Part shown: piece by piece, positions 8,406 through 18,665 of the stretch
How positions within the stretch are numbered: position 1 is the stretch's first letter
Layout: each line of letters starts with the position of its first letter
Assembly: GCF_043950625.1 (NCBI RefSeq)
Contig: NZ_CP171007.1
Origin: Alkanindiges sp. WGS2144
GTDB taxonomy: Bacteria > Pseudomonadota > Gammaproteobacteria > Pseudomonadales > Moraxellaceae
Direction: 5' to 3' (one strand)
DNA length: 32,000 bases
Position numbers and translations under genes: made by a program
The notes under the pieces: model-generated
Databases searched by the model: none
What the model saw: only the letters and a program-made list of their open reading frames with translations
Told to the model about the DNA's origin: nothing

Positions 8406-10055
8406 ATGGCTCTCAATCCAATTGACTTGCTCAAAGAGCAGGTTACGCCCCAGCTTCTTAGCCATAGCGAAGCCGATTTTGACAGTAAGTCCGCATTGCT
8501 TGACCAGTTTTATCCAGTACTGGTTGCCATTTTCTCCCATCAGCCCAATGCCTTTAACTATGCACTTGAACACAATGAAGCTACTTTGTCAGATATCCTG
8601 CCAGTACAGGCAGCTAACGCTTCTTATCAACAATTGCTGGAAGAGTTTTCTCGTCACCATAACCTGCCGATTAGCACCATTACTCCTTTATTTGACCGTG
8701 CAGTACCCATTAGCGCACAGGCATTAAATAATGATATTGGACCAGAGGATACCATTGCTTATTTACAGCGTTATTTGCCTGTCATCCGCAGTAGCATTCC
8801 AGCCTGGGCGGTGGCTATCTTAAGTACATTAGGTCTGGCGACTCTCTTCAACACACAAACTGCCCCACCTGCCCCGGATGTGCTAACAGCCGAACCCGTC
8901 AAACACATGCCCGCCGCAGATGCCCCAGCCAACCGGCTAGGCAGGTTCATGCCATGGCTGGTGTTGCTCATTCTGCTATTATTACTGCTGTTGTTCTGGC
9001 GAGCCTGCCAACACAAGGAAGCGTTGCCTCCTGCCCCTGAGACCAGCCCGGCAGCTACCACCCAGGCTGCCACAGCATTTATTCCGGCCACTTTATCAGT
9101 GAGCTCCGGTGTCAATGGCAGCTTGCAGGCCTGTAATGCCTATGTAGGCGCTGCGACACTAGAGTCAGCCATTAATAGTGCAGTAACAAGTACTTTTGGC
9201 AGCTCACCTGACTGTCGTATGAGTGTGGATCAGGCTTATGCGCCAAACCTGCCAGGACAGGATAAACTAACTCATATTTTAGGCAGCCTGCATGCCTTTC
9301 CCCATGCCAGTCTGCAATGGACTGGGAATCAGATCACTATTAATGCACTTGATTCCGGTGATCTGAACCGTCTGGTAGAGCAAATCAGAACTATAGCGCC
9401 AGAGCTGAGCGTCATTGCTGCGCCGCCGCTGGATATTAATGCTTCAGTCAATAGCAGTATTGATGCTGCCCAGAGTGCGCTTAATAACCTGCGCTCACCA
9501 GTGCGCCCCGCAGATGTAGCACGTGCACTGAACCTGCAAATTATTAATTTTGCCAGCGACTCTGCAGTGATCCCTGAGCAGAACAAAACCGTGCTTAATC
9601 AGGCAGCCGCAATTATACGCCAAACCCCGAATGTTGCGCTGACCGTGGAAGGCTATACCGATGCCACCGGCAATGCCGCCCATAACCGGGTTTTATCTGA
9701 GAAGCGTGCCCAATCAGTCGTCAGCTATCTGGTTGATCAGGGTGTCAGCCCGGATAAGCTACGTGCAGTGGGCTATGGTCAGGCAAACCCGGTGGCTGAC
9801 AATATGACTGAGCTAGGTAAATTCCGGAACCGCCGGATTGAATTTAAGGTGATCAATACCAGCACTGGCAATACCCAGCATATCGATGAAGATACAGTTT
9901 ATCGTACTGCTCAGCCTGTGCAGGGTAATGAACAGGCAATTTACCGTCAGGAAATGGCCAACCGGCAACGTAACGCCAGCAATCAGGATGTAATCAACGA
10001 TCAGGATACAACGGTGATTGCTACTGGTTCAGGTTCAGCACCTGAAAACCCCTAA
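8406..10055 (+). CDS. OmpA-family peptidoglycan-associated protein with central TM segment
   Basis: 549-aa ORF with GGAG upstream of the ATG. It has one hydrophobic poly-Leu segment (FMPWLVLLILLLLLLLFW). The C-terminal OmpA-like domain reads TVEGYTDATGNAAHNRVLSEKRAQSVVSYLVDQGV...GYGQANPVADN...NRRIEF. Confidence 0.85.
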   Translation: MALNPIDLLKEQVTPQLLSHSEADFDSKSALLDQFYPVLVAIFSHQPNAFNYALEHNEATLSDILPVQAANASYQQLLEEFSRHHNLPISTITPLFDRAVPISAQALNNDIGPEDTIAYLQRYLPVIRSSIPAWAVAILSTLGLATLFNTQTAPPAPDVLTAEPVKHMPAADAPANRLGRFMPWLVLLILLLLLLLFWRACQHKEALPPAPETSPAATTQAATAFIPATLSVSSGVNGSLQACNAYVGAATLESAINSAVTSTFGSSPDCRMSVDQAYAPNLPGQDKLTHILGSLHAFPHASLQWTGNQITINALDSGDLNRLVEQIRTIAPELSVIAAPPLDINASVNSSIDAAQSALNNLRSPVRPADVARALNLQIINFASDSAVIPEQNKTVLNQAAAIIRQTPNVALTVEGYTDATGNAAHNRVLSEKRAQSVVSYLVDQGVSPDKLRAVGYGQANPVADNMTELGKFRNRRIEFKVINTSTGNTQHIDEDTVYRTAQPVQGNEQAIYRQEMANRQRNASNQDVINDQDTTVIATGSGSAPENP

Positions 10056-10161
10056 AGTTAATGCTGCTACCAGCTTTTCTTAAAGCCTTATACCCCCCGA
10101 TGCTGAATAACTGTATCAGGGGGTTTTAATGATTAAAACTGTCTATTTATCAAGCAAAGGC

Positions 10162-11169
<1,008 letters not shown>

Positions 11170-11288
11170 TCATAGCGCAATCCCATAAAAAAATTATGGG
11201 ATTTATTAAAATATTTTTATCTGGCAGGCGGAACGCGAAATTGTCCAGTTAGAAGTTTAACGGGCTTATGGAATAGGTCTTTTTGACT

Positions 11289-11903
11289 TTAAAACAAATG
11301 CCGCATACGCTGCTGCTTGGTCAGCAAATACGCCTCATTAAATGGGTTTTTCCCCACCTTTAAGGGTACACGCTCTACCACTTCAATACCTAGTTGTTGC
11401 AGGGCTTCCACCTTGGCCGGATTATTAGTCACTAGTTTTACCTGTTGTATACCCAGATGATCCAGCATGATTTTGGTCATCTCATAAGTACGGGCATCGG
11501 CAGGCAGGTTAAGCAGTAAATTGGCATCCACCGTGTCGTGGCCCTGATCCTGTAAGGCATAAGCGCGGATTTTATTGGGCAGGCCAATCCCGCGTCCTTC
11601 CTGACGTAAGTACAATAAAGCGCCCTTTCCTGCCTGTTCTATCATTTGCAGAGTGGTGTTTAACTGTGGACCACAATCACAGCGCAGGGAGGCAAATGCA
11701 TCACCGGTCAAACATTCAGAATGCAGACGCACCAGTACCGGTTCAGCTTGCAGCCCGGCCTGACCATGCAACAAACCCTTGGATAATGCCACATGCTCCT
11801 CTCCAGTTTGCGGATCTTCGAATACAGAAATATCAAATTCACCATGCGCAGTAGGTAATTTAGAGGAGGCAACAAACGAAATGGGCACTGCATTTTCTTC
11901 CAC
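11289..11903 (-). CDS. ribA: GTP cyclohydrolase II
   Basis: [24 protein letters not shown] (zinc site), [28 protein letters not shown] and LVTNNPAKV match RibA. The start codon is GTG. Confidence 0.93.
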   Translation of the reverse strand: MEENAVPISFVASSKLPTAHGEFDISVFEDPQTGEEHVALSKGLLHGQAGLQAEPVLVRLHSECLTGDAFASLRCDCGPQLNTTLQMIEQAGKGALLYLRQEGRGIGLPNKIRAYALQDQGHDTVDANLLLNLPADARTYEMTKIMLDHLGIQQVKLVTNNPAKVEALQQLGIEVVERVPLKVGKNPFNEAYLLTKQQRMRHLF

Positions 11904-12202
11904 AAAAATTGAAGATATCTAGTATAACGAAAAATAACAGGCATAAACTAAAGCTAAAACGAATGGTTAAGTTTAAATATATGCCTTGCACTAGTGTTCC
12001 ATTGACAAAATCTGCTAAATTAACAGACGATTAATGAGCATTATCGACAACAATACTAGGACATCTATGCAGCAAATGGTACGATTTGCGGCTGATGTGG
12101 CCGCCCCGCTTGGCTTGTTGAGCTTAGACGGAAGTCGCCGATTTTAGTCAATCGACATTTTAACCCAGCTAAGGAATGCCAGGCTAGCAGGTATACCGCC
12201 AC

Positions 12203-14134
12203 ATGATGTATGACACAATCCCAACAGCCCGACCTTTTACGCCGCTTCTGGATAGTATTGATCAGCCACAGCAGTTGAAAATCCTGGGTTTAACCGAGCT
12301 TAAGCAACTGGCTGACGAGCTGCGTCTATACCTGCTCTATGCAGCGGGTCAAAGCGGCGGGCATTTTGGTGCCAATCTTGGCGTGGTTGAGCTTACCATT
12401 GCCCTGCATTATGCGCTGGATACCCCCAAAGACCGGCTGGTATGGGACGTGGGCCATCAAGCCTATGCACACAAAATATTAACAGGTCGCCGCGAAGCAC
12501 TTACAACAATTCGCAGTAAAAACGGCCTGGCAGCTTTTCCCTCACGTGAAGAATCCGAATATGACACCTTTGGCGTAGGCCATTCCTCTACCGCCATTTC
12601 TGCTGCTTTGGGCATGGCGCTGGCCTTGCGTTACCAGCAGGATCATCGTCGTGTGGCTTGTGTGGTAGGTGATGGCGCCATGACCGCCGGAATGGCCTTT
12701 GAAGCCATGAATGATGCAGTGCAGCATCAGGCTGATATACTGGTAGTACTCAATGATAATGATATGTCAATTTCTGGTAGCGTGGGTGGGTTTGCCAAAC
12801 ACTTAGGCGCCTTATGGAAAAAAGGCCAGTCGGTATACTTGAGCGATACTGGCGAAGTATCTATCCAGCCACACCCGAACTGGACGTTTAATCCACGGGT
12901 CAATAGCAACGATGCCGCCGAAAACCTCTTTTCTGCTATCGGTTTTGAATATTTTGGCCCGGTTGATGGTCATAACCTGCAAGAGCTAACCCGCATTCTG
13001 ACCCTGCTTAAAGACCGTAAAGGCCCGCGCCTGCTGCATGTGTATACCACGAAGGGCAAAGGCTTTGCACCGGCTGAGCTTGATCCCATTGGCTACCATG
13101 CCATCAGCAAGCTTAGCAGTAATGTGATTAATTCAATTAAGGCGGTTGATAAAGATACCAAGCCCCAGAAATATTCCGATGTATTTGGCCAATTCCTGTG
13201 CGATCAGGCGGCCCTGGATGAGCGCCTGCTCGCCATCACTCCCGCCATGAGTGAAGGCTCTGGCATGGTACAATTTGCCAGCCAGTATCCAGAACGCTTT
13301 TTTGATGTTGCGATTGCTGAGCAGCATGCCGTTACACTGGCAGCGGGTATGGCCTGTGAAGGCTTAAAGCCTGTTGTTGCCATTTATTCCACTTTTTTGC
13401 AGCGCGGTTATGACCAGCTGATTCATGATGTTGCCCTGCAAAATCTGGATGTCACCTTTGGCATTGACCGGGCAGGTCTGGTTGGTGAAGATGGCCCAAC
13501 CCATGCCGGTGCTTATGATTATGCCTATATGCGCACGGTGCCCAATTTAATCCTGATGGCGCCCAAGGATGAAAATGAATGCCGCCACATGCTGCATACT
13601 GCTTATCAATATCCGGGGCCGGCAGCAGTGCGTTACCCGCGTGGGACTGGACCGGGCAGCCTGATTGAGCAGGATTTTATTAGCCTGGAGATTGGTAAAG
13701 CAGAAGTATTGGCACATCTAAATCCAGAGACTAACTACACCGTTGCGCTACTGGCATTTGGCAGTATGGTCATGCCGACCCTGCAAGCTGCTGAACAGCT
13801 GGCTCATCATCAGTTGGGCGTCATCGTGGTCAACATGCGCTTTATCAAGCCACTGGATCAGCGCCTGCTTAAACAACTGGCCGATCAGGTACAAGGTTTT
13901 GTCACCCTTGAAGAACACGCCGTGATGGGCGGTGCAGGGAGTGCCGTGCTGGAAAGCCTGCAAGCACAGGGGATTTTAAAACCCGTGTTAAATCTTGGCC
14001 TTCCGGACTCATTTTTGCATCAGGCCACACATCCGCAAATGCTGATAGACTGCGGACTGGATCAGAGTGGGATTTACCATTCCGTTAATGCTTTTGTGCA
14101 AAAGCTTATGTCTGGTGAAGGGCTCAACTCTTAA
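12203..14134 (+). CDS. dxs: 1-deoxy-D-xylulose-5-phosphate synthase
   Basis: 643-aa ORF with [19 protein letters not shown], the TPP motif [15 protein letters not shown] and [14 protein letters not shown]..., all typical of DXS. Confidence 0.96.
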   Translation: MMYDTIPTARPFTPLLDSIDQPQQLKILGLTELKQLADELRLYLLYAAGQSGGHFGANLGVVELTIALHYALDTPKDRLVWDVGHQAYAHKILTGRREALTTIRSKNGLAAFPSREESEYDTFGVGHSSTAISAALGMALALRYQQDHRRVACVVGDGAMTAGMAFEAMNDAVQHQADILVVLNDNDMSISGSVGGFAKHLGALWKKGQSVYLSDTGEVSIQPHPNWTFNPRVNSNDAAENLFSAIGFEYFGPVDGHNLQELTRILTLLKDRKGPRLLHVYTTKGKGFAPAELDPIGYHAISKLSSNVINSIKAVDKDTKPQKYSDVFGQFLCDQAALDERLLAITPAMSEGSGMVQFASQYPERFFDVAIAEQHAVTLAAGMACEGLKPVVAIYSTFLQRGYDQLIHDVALQNLDVTFGIDRAGLVGEDGPTHAGAYDYAYMRTVPNLILMAPKDENECRHMLHTAYQYPGPAAVRYPRGTGPGSLIEQDFISLEIGKAEVLAHLNPETNYTVALLAFGSMVMPTLQAAEQLAHHQLGVIVVNMRFIKPLDQRLLKQLADQVQGFVTLEEHAVMGGAGSAVLESLQAQGILKPVLNLGLPDSFLHQATHPQMLIDCGLDQSGIYHSVNAFVQKLMSGEGLNS

Positions 14135-14290
14135 ATACTGGAAGCAGCATAGTGCTCACAGCCAGACAATGTAGCCAGTTTACAAGTTACTGCGCAATAT
14201 CTCACACGATGAAAGAGTTTTTTGCTAAAATATCCGCCTAGACTTGTTCTATATTCTTTGACGTCTTTAATTAATGCAAATGGGTGAATC

Positions 14291-15121
14291 ATGGAACCTA
14301 TGGTGGTGATGGCTGCGCGTGCGGCACAAACAGTAGGCAGTGAAATTTTAAAAGCACATCAGAACCGTCATAAGCTGGACCTGCAAATTGAGAGCAAGGG
14401 TATCGATGGTCCAGTGACTCGCCTTGATCGTTATATTGAAGAACTCACCATTGCCACCTTAAAAAAAAGCTATCCCAAACACAGTTTTCTGGGTGAAGAA
14501 TTTGGTCTACAAGAAGGCCAGGGCAACGATGCTGACTGGTGCTGGGTGATTGACCCTCTGGATGGCACCGTCAACTTTATTCAGGGCTATCCGCATTTTT
14601 GTGTATCCATTGCTGTGCAACATAAAGGGATTACCCAGCATGGTGTGATTTATGACCCGGTTAAAGATGAGCTATTTTCGGCCAGCCGCGGTCGTGGCGC
14701 TGTTTTAAATCAACGCCGTATCCGCATGACGCCAAAAGACAACCTGAAAGACAGCTTCTTAGCCGTTGGCTATCCATTTGCAGCCATGCGTAATGGCGAA
14801 GTGGTTTCCTATGCGGAGCAGCATTTTAATACTCTGCTTGCCATTACCAAGGCTGGCGCGTCTTTCCGCCGTGGTGGCTCAGCTGCGCTGGATCTGGCCT
14901 ATGTGGCTGCTGGTCGTTTTGATGGTTATTTTGAGCTTGGTTTAAAGCCGTGGGATCTGGCTGCCGGTGAACTCATTGTCAAAGAAGCAGGTGGCACGGT
15001 AGTCGATGCCAAAGGTGGCAGTGACTGCTTTAACAATGGTCAAATTGTTGCTACTTCCATGAAATTACTCAAGCCGCTCATGCAAGCCATTGTACCGGCC
15101 TGGGGCGAGGCGATTCGCTAA
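14291..15121 (+). CDS. suhB: Inositol monophosphatase family protein (SuhB-like)
   Basis: IMPase motifs are present: WVIDPLDGTVNF, GSAALDLAYVAAGRFDGY and WDLAAG. Confidence 0.88.
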   Translation: MEPMVVMAARAAQTVGSEILKAHQNRHKLDLQIESKGIDGPVTRLDRYIEELTIATLKKSYPKHSFLGEEFGLQEGQGNDADWCWVIDPLDGTVNFIQGYPHFCVSIAVQHKGITQHGVIYDPVKDELFSASRGRGAVLNQRRIRMTPKDNLKDSFLAVGYPFAAMRNGEVVSYAEQHFNTLLAITKAGASFRRGGSAALDLAYVAAGRFDGYFELGLKPWDLAAGELIVKEAGGTVVDAKGGSDCFNNGQIVATSMKLLKPLMQAIVPAWGEAIR

Positions 15122-15136
15122 TTCACATCTATCCTG

Positions 15137-15166
15137 CAAAAAGCAGTCTACTACAGGCTGCTTTTT
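15137..15166 (+). terminator. Rho-independent terminator after suhB-like gene
   Basis: The stem AAAAAGCAG ... CTGCTTTTT is followed by T residues. Confidence 0.6.
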
Positions 15167-15252
15167 GAGTATCTGGCATTCAAAATGAGCGACCTTGTCC
15201 GCCCAATTTTTAACGATAACAACTGGCCGCTGCTCAGGTGGAAAATAGCTTA

Positions 15253-16022
15253 ATGTGGAAAATAACCAGAATTTTTATTTTGCTGATTATTCTGGCGGTG
15301 GTGATTATCCAGTCCTTGCAGGACAAAGCTGATTTAACCTGGAAAAACAGCTTTTATGTGGCGGTGTATCCTGTGAATGCCGCTCAAAGTCCACAAGTTG
15401 AGCAATATATTCAAACGCTGCAAGCAAGCGATTTTAGAGCGATGCGGCTGAGTTTTTAAATAGTGAAGCCAAACGCTATGGCCTGCCGCTATACCGGCCA
15501 ATTAATATTGTGCTGGGTAAGCCGGTTTCTACTTTACCCCCTGCCCCACCAGTAAATGGCGATATTTTTAAGGTGATGCTGTGGAGTTTAAAACTGCGTT
15601 ATTTTGCCTGGAAGCATGAGCAGGTATTTAGCATTCATCCAAAGATTCAATTGTATTTATTGTACTTTGATCCCAAACAGCATCCGGCACTTAGCCACTC
15701 TACCGCACTACAAAAAGGCCGCGTGGGACGAATAAACCTGTTTGGAAATACTGAATATAACCAACAAAATCTGGTCATTTTAAGCCATGAGTTACTGTAT
15801 ACACTGGGTGCTAGCGATAAATATAATTTTGGCGATAATATGCCTATTTTCCCTGATGGCTTTGCTTATCCACAACAACAACCATTTTATCCACAAGCCA
15901 AGGCGGAACTGATGGGTGGACGTATTCCCTTAACTGATAGCAAAGCCATTATTCCGCGTGACCTAAGCCAGACTGTAATTGGAGAAAAGACAGCACGCGA
16001 GATTGGCTGGGTGAAGGATTAA
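15253..16022 (+). pseudogene. Conserved-looking membrane-anchored protein split by a frameshift (two ORFs, 15238-15459 and 15510-16022)
   Basis: The upstream frame (MWKITRIFILLIILAVVIIQ..., one N-terminal TM) stops at 15457-15459. The downstream frame is already open from 15438 (SDAAEFLNSEAKRYGLPLYRPINIVLGKP...) but has no ATG of its own until far downstream. Frames shift from 1 to 0, consistent with a 1-nt deletion or a sequencing error near 15430-15459. Confidence 0.7.
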
Positions 16023-16038
16023 GTTAACGCATAGTAGC

Positions 16039-16068
16039 TTGCATTTAATACGAATAAATAGCTAGAAT
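16039..16068 (+). promoter_or_regulatory. Candidate sigma70 promoter for the PAAR operon
   Basis: TTGCAT (16039-16044), an 18-nt spacer, then TAGAAT (16063-16068), located about 40 nt upstream of the PAAR ATG. This is a sequence match only. Confidence 0.35.
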
Positions 16069-16109
16069 TCATGGCTCTTGCAGGTATGCAATAAAAATAA
16101 GGTATAAAA

Positions 16110-16673
16110 ATGAGTGTGGCTTATGCAATTGTCGGCAGTCCAACCACAGGCGGCGGGCAGATTACTACAGGGGATTCTTTATTTATCATCGATGGAACAC
16201 CCATAGCTTGTGTAGGAGACAGAGCCACTTGTCCGTTACATCAGTCTGATGTCATCATCGTTACGGGTGATCCCGCATGTATTATCAATGGAAAGGCTGC
16301 CGCAAGAGTCGGTGACAGCTTATCCTGCGGCTGCAAAATATTGCCCAAGCAAGTTCGAGTAGTAGGAGATAATTTTCCTAGCAAAAGCCCAGTGGCTTCG
16401 CCTGCACCTTCGTCTTCTCACCTGAACAGTAATTTTAATTCCAATTCTGGCACTGATGAGCAACAGTTACATGGTCTTAAAATTCAATTTAAAGACGAGT
16501 TAAGCAAACAGCCAGTGCCTTATTTATATTACAAATTAAAAAAACCTGATGGTCACTTTGTAGAAGGACTAACCGATGAGCAAGGCTATACAGAAGAAAT
16601 TCAGGGCGGTTATGAAGCCGAAGAAATAGAAATTATTAATTTAGACTTAGATAAACCTTATACGCAGGAATAA
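16110..16673 (+). CDS. PAAR-domain protein (T6SS spike-tip) with Ser/Pro/Asn-rich linker and about 65-aa beta-rich C-terminal extension
   Basis: Residues 1-88 show the PAAR pattern: GGGQITTG..., IDGTPIACVGDRATCP, INGKAAARVGDSLSCG. The linker reads FPSKSPVASPAPSSSHLNSNFNSNSG. The C-terminal segment LKIQFKDELSKQPVPYLYYKLKKPDGHFVEGLTDEQGYTEEI resembles transthyretin/CarboxypepD_reg-like beta-sandwich repeats. That last assignment rests on pattern recognition only. Confidence 0.85.
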   Translation: MSVAYAIVGSPTTGGGQITTGDSLFIIDGTPIACVGDRATCPLHQSDVIIVTGDPACIINGKAAARVGDSLSCGCKILPKQVRVVGDNFPSKSPVASPAPSSSHLNSNFNSNSGTDEQQLHGLKIQFKDELSKQPVPYLYYKLKKPDGHFVEGLTDEQGYTEEIQGGYEAEEIEIINLDLDKPYTQE

Positions 16674-16679
16674 TAAATT

Positions 16680-17000
16680 ATGGCTACCAGTCGCGTTGAT
16701 TATCAACAACTTGAAGAGCAAGCATATCCACAAGAGATAGAAACTTGCGAGTTTACCGAGCCACTTTGCAATAACTATATTAAAGTGAGAAATATTAAAG
16801 TCATTCAGCCTTATAATTTTTTTATGTCACCTGAACAATGGGCTGAAGTAGAAAGAATTAATGGCCTGGAATTTCGCCTTGCCTTAAAGTTTGGTTTAGA
16901 AAATGACATGCGGTTTTATAGTGACGCGTTAACCAACCGCCTGTCCTTTCATACCATGATGTATATTAAATTTGCTGAATATGTGCGAAAAACTCTTTAA
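16680..17000 (+). CDS. Hypothetical acidic 106-aa protein tightly linked to PAAR gene (candidate cargo-effector N-terminal part or cognate immunity)
   Basis: The ATG lies 6 nt after the PAAR stop codon. There is no signal peptide and I recognise no motif. The ORF sits in AT-rich island DNA. Confidence 0.55.
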   Translation: MATSRVDYQQLEEQAYPQEIETCEFTEPLCNNYIKVRNIKVIQPYNFFMSPEQWAEVERINGLEFRLALKFGLENDMRFYSDALTNRLSFHTMMYIKFAEYVRKTL

Positions 17001-17082
17001 ATGAAGTTAAAAAACTAGTTGCAGAGTTTCAGTCCGCAGCTTTTAAAGCGCGAACTACGAGTGTTTTTCAGCAGCCAAGATA

Positions 17083-17262
17083 ATGACAGTGAAAGATTTA
17101 GTAGAAAAATCTTATCTTGCTCCAAGAGCTGCGCTTGACATTCATCAACTCACGGTAAATAAAGGCCCTATCACTATCAATAGAACGTTGTATAAGAAAG
17201 TTTTTAAACGAGATTATGACGTTGATATAGTTAATTTTATAAAGGTGAGGGGGTTTATTTAG
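17083..17262 (+). CDS. Short 59-aa ORF (MTVKDLVEKSYLAPRAALDIHQL...); possibly a fragment of a decayed larger gene
   Basis: Translated by hand because it is below the track cutoff. Its ATG overlaps the TAA of the preceding 34-codon open frame (TAATG at 17081-17085). I recognise no homology. Confidence 0.3.
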   Translation: MTVKDLVEKSYLAPRAALDIHQLTVNKGPITINRTLYKKVFKRDYDVDIVNFIKVRGFI

Positions 17263-17567
17263 GCGATCCTGACAATGTAATTTATGAAGAATTGAGAATG
17301 TAAAATATGAAATTATTTGTAATTGTTTTCTTATGCCTTTCTTCCTCTATAGCCTGTGCAAAAAAGGATGATAATAACTCGGAGATTAAACAAGCGCTTG
17401 ATACAAGCATGCAATTATTAAAACTTGATGAACCTATTTATATAGAAATTGAAGCTGATAAGATAGATAAATTACATCATGCTATTTTTCTAAGTACAGT
17501 GATTAAATTAGGTGCAATTAAAGATTAGACCTCTTGCGAAAGTAAAAACTGCCTCAATATAGATTTC

Positions 17568-17966
17568 ATGAAATATCAGAAATTAAACCGTTTTTCAGAT
17601 TCTGAATTCAAGCGCTTGGTTGGTGTACCTCGACCAGTTTTTAGTGAAATGGTCGAAGTTTTAAAAGAAGCAGAATCACTTAAAAAGAAATCTGGGCGTC
17701 CTCATACTTTAGTTATAGAGGATCAATTATTATTAACACTCAATTACTTACGGAATTACAGCACTCAATTGGAATTGGCTGCAAATTACCATATCGCTGA
17801 AAGTAATGTGAATCGAACTATTAAAAAGGTTGAAGATGCATTAATGAAATCAAGGCGTTTTACCCTGCCAAAACGAAGCATTACAACAGCAGACGAACAA
17901 TTTAACTGGGTCATTATTGATGCTACAGAATGTTCAATAGAACGCCCGAAAAAAAAATCAGAGTAA
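17568..17966 (+). CDS. IS transposase OrfA (HTH part)
   Basis: 132-aa ORF that ends just after the A9 run (17949-17957). The sequence up to IIDATECSIERPKK is the N-terminal and first catalytic-Asp region of DDE_Tnp_4-type transposases. Confidence 0.85.
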   Translation: MKYQKLNRFSDSEFKRLVGVPRPVFSEMVEVLKEAESLKKKSGRPHTLVIEDQLLLTLNYLRNYSTQLELAANYHIAESNVNRTIKKVEDALMKSRRFTLPKRSITTADEQFNWVIIDATECSIERPKKKSE

Positions 17967-18390
17967 GTTCTACAGTGGTAAAAAGAAGAAACATACGCTA
18001 AAAGCCCAAGTGATCTATCATCCGAAGAGTAAACAAATCATAGGAGTAGATATATCGTCTGGCAGTCAGCATGATATTAAATTGGCAAGAAAAACAGTAA
18101 AAAAATTCAAACATTTTGAATATGTTATGACCGATTTAGGGTACTATGGGTTAGAGCAAGATGGCTTTAAATTATTGATGCCAATAAAGAAAAAGAAGAA
18201 TTTACCCTTATTTGATGTTGAGAAAAAGTACAATAAAATGATTGGAAAAATACGAGTTGTAATCGAACATATTAACAGTCAATTGAAAAGATTTAGAATA
18301 CTAAGTGAACGCTATCGAAATCGACGGAAAAGATTCGGTTTACGCATTAACTTAATCGCTGCACTGGTAAACCGGATGAACTTGCAATAA
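17941..18390 (+). CDS. IS transposase OrfB (DDE part, +1 frame, no own ATG)
   Basis: The frame is open from 17941: NARKKNQSKFYSGKKKKHTLKAQVIYHP...GSQHD...TDLGY...IEHINSQLKRFRIL. The FYSGKKKxHTLK motif normally follows ERPKK directly in one polypeptide. An A8 run instead of A9 would give a continuous protein of about 273 aa. Confidence 0.8.
   Translation, partial: NARKKNQSKFYSGKKKKHTLKAQVIYHPKSKQIIGVDISSGSQHDIKLARKTVKKFKHFEYVMTDLGYYGLEQDGFKLLMPIKKKKNLPLFDVEKKYNKMIGKIRVVIEHINSQLKRFRILSERYRNRRKRFGLRINLIAALVNRMNLQ
17949..17957 (+). promoter_or_regulatory. A9 homopolymer at the OrfA/OrfB junction (candidate +1 recoding or transcriptional-slippage site)
   Basis: CCG AAA AAA AAA TCA. The same A9 run is present in copy 2 (19625-19633). 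Confidence 0.5.
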
Positions 18391-18665
18391 CGACTTTCGC
18401 AAGAGGTCTAATATACAAATATTTTAGGCACTACATTAAATGACTCTAACTATTTTGACTTATGGGAAACAAATACTTTATGTTTAGCAGCAAACTACGC
18501 TATAAATTATGCTTATACCGACAAAACAGTTAATAATATAAAATCTATCTACTGGTTAGAAAAGCAGCAAGTCGACTGGATAAAAACGCTTAGAGATAAA
18601 AGTTTTCGTAAAACACTAGAGCAAACAAACTGTCTAGATAAAATATCTAAGCAAGCCTTAAAAAA

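Larger units (their letters stand above)
17524..18412 (+). mobile_element. IS5/Harbinger-like (HTH_Tnp_4 + DDE_Tnp_4 type) insertion sequence, copy 1, 889 bp
   Basis: Perfect 20-bp terminal inverted repeats ATTAGACCTCTTGCGAAAGT lie at 17524-17543 and 18393-18412. Two overlapping transposase frames are joined at an A9 run. A second copy lies at 19200-21321. Confidence 0.9.

Noticed and set aside
8940-9000. Poly-leucine run (LLILLLLLLLFW) in the OmpA-family protein, considered as a possible nucleotide tandem repeat.
   Set aside because: It is encoded by mixed Leu codons (CTG/TTG/CTC/CTA/TTA). It forms the single predicted transmembrane helix and is not a DNA-level repeat.
11179-11203. 10-bp perfect hairpin AATCCCATAA-AAAAA-TTATGGGATT between ribA and hemF, considered as a terminator.
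   Set aside because: The stem is AT-rich. On the transcribed minus strand it is not followed by a T-run, so function as an intrinsic terminator is doubtful. I note it only as a hairpin.
11904-12202. The 300-bp leader upstream of dxs, considered as a possible riboswitch or sRNA.
   Set aside because: I could not recognise any conserved riboswitch core or convincing structure by eye. No claim can be supported.
17524-18412. A simple 2-bp AT target-site duplication model (885-bp IS, TAGACC...GGTCTA).
   Set aside because: The model is formally compatible with both copies. However, removing 885+2 bp leaves both interrupted ORFs out of frame, whereas removing the 889-bp IR-to-IR unit restores both. 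I keep it as an open alternative rather than accepting it.
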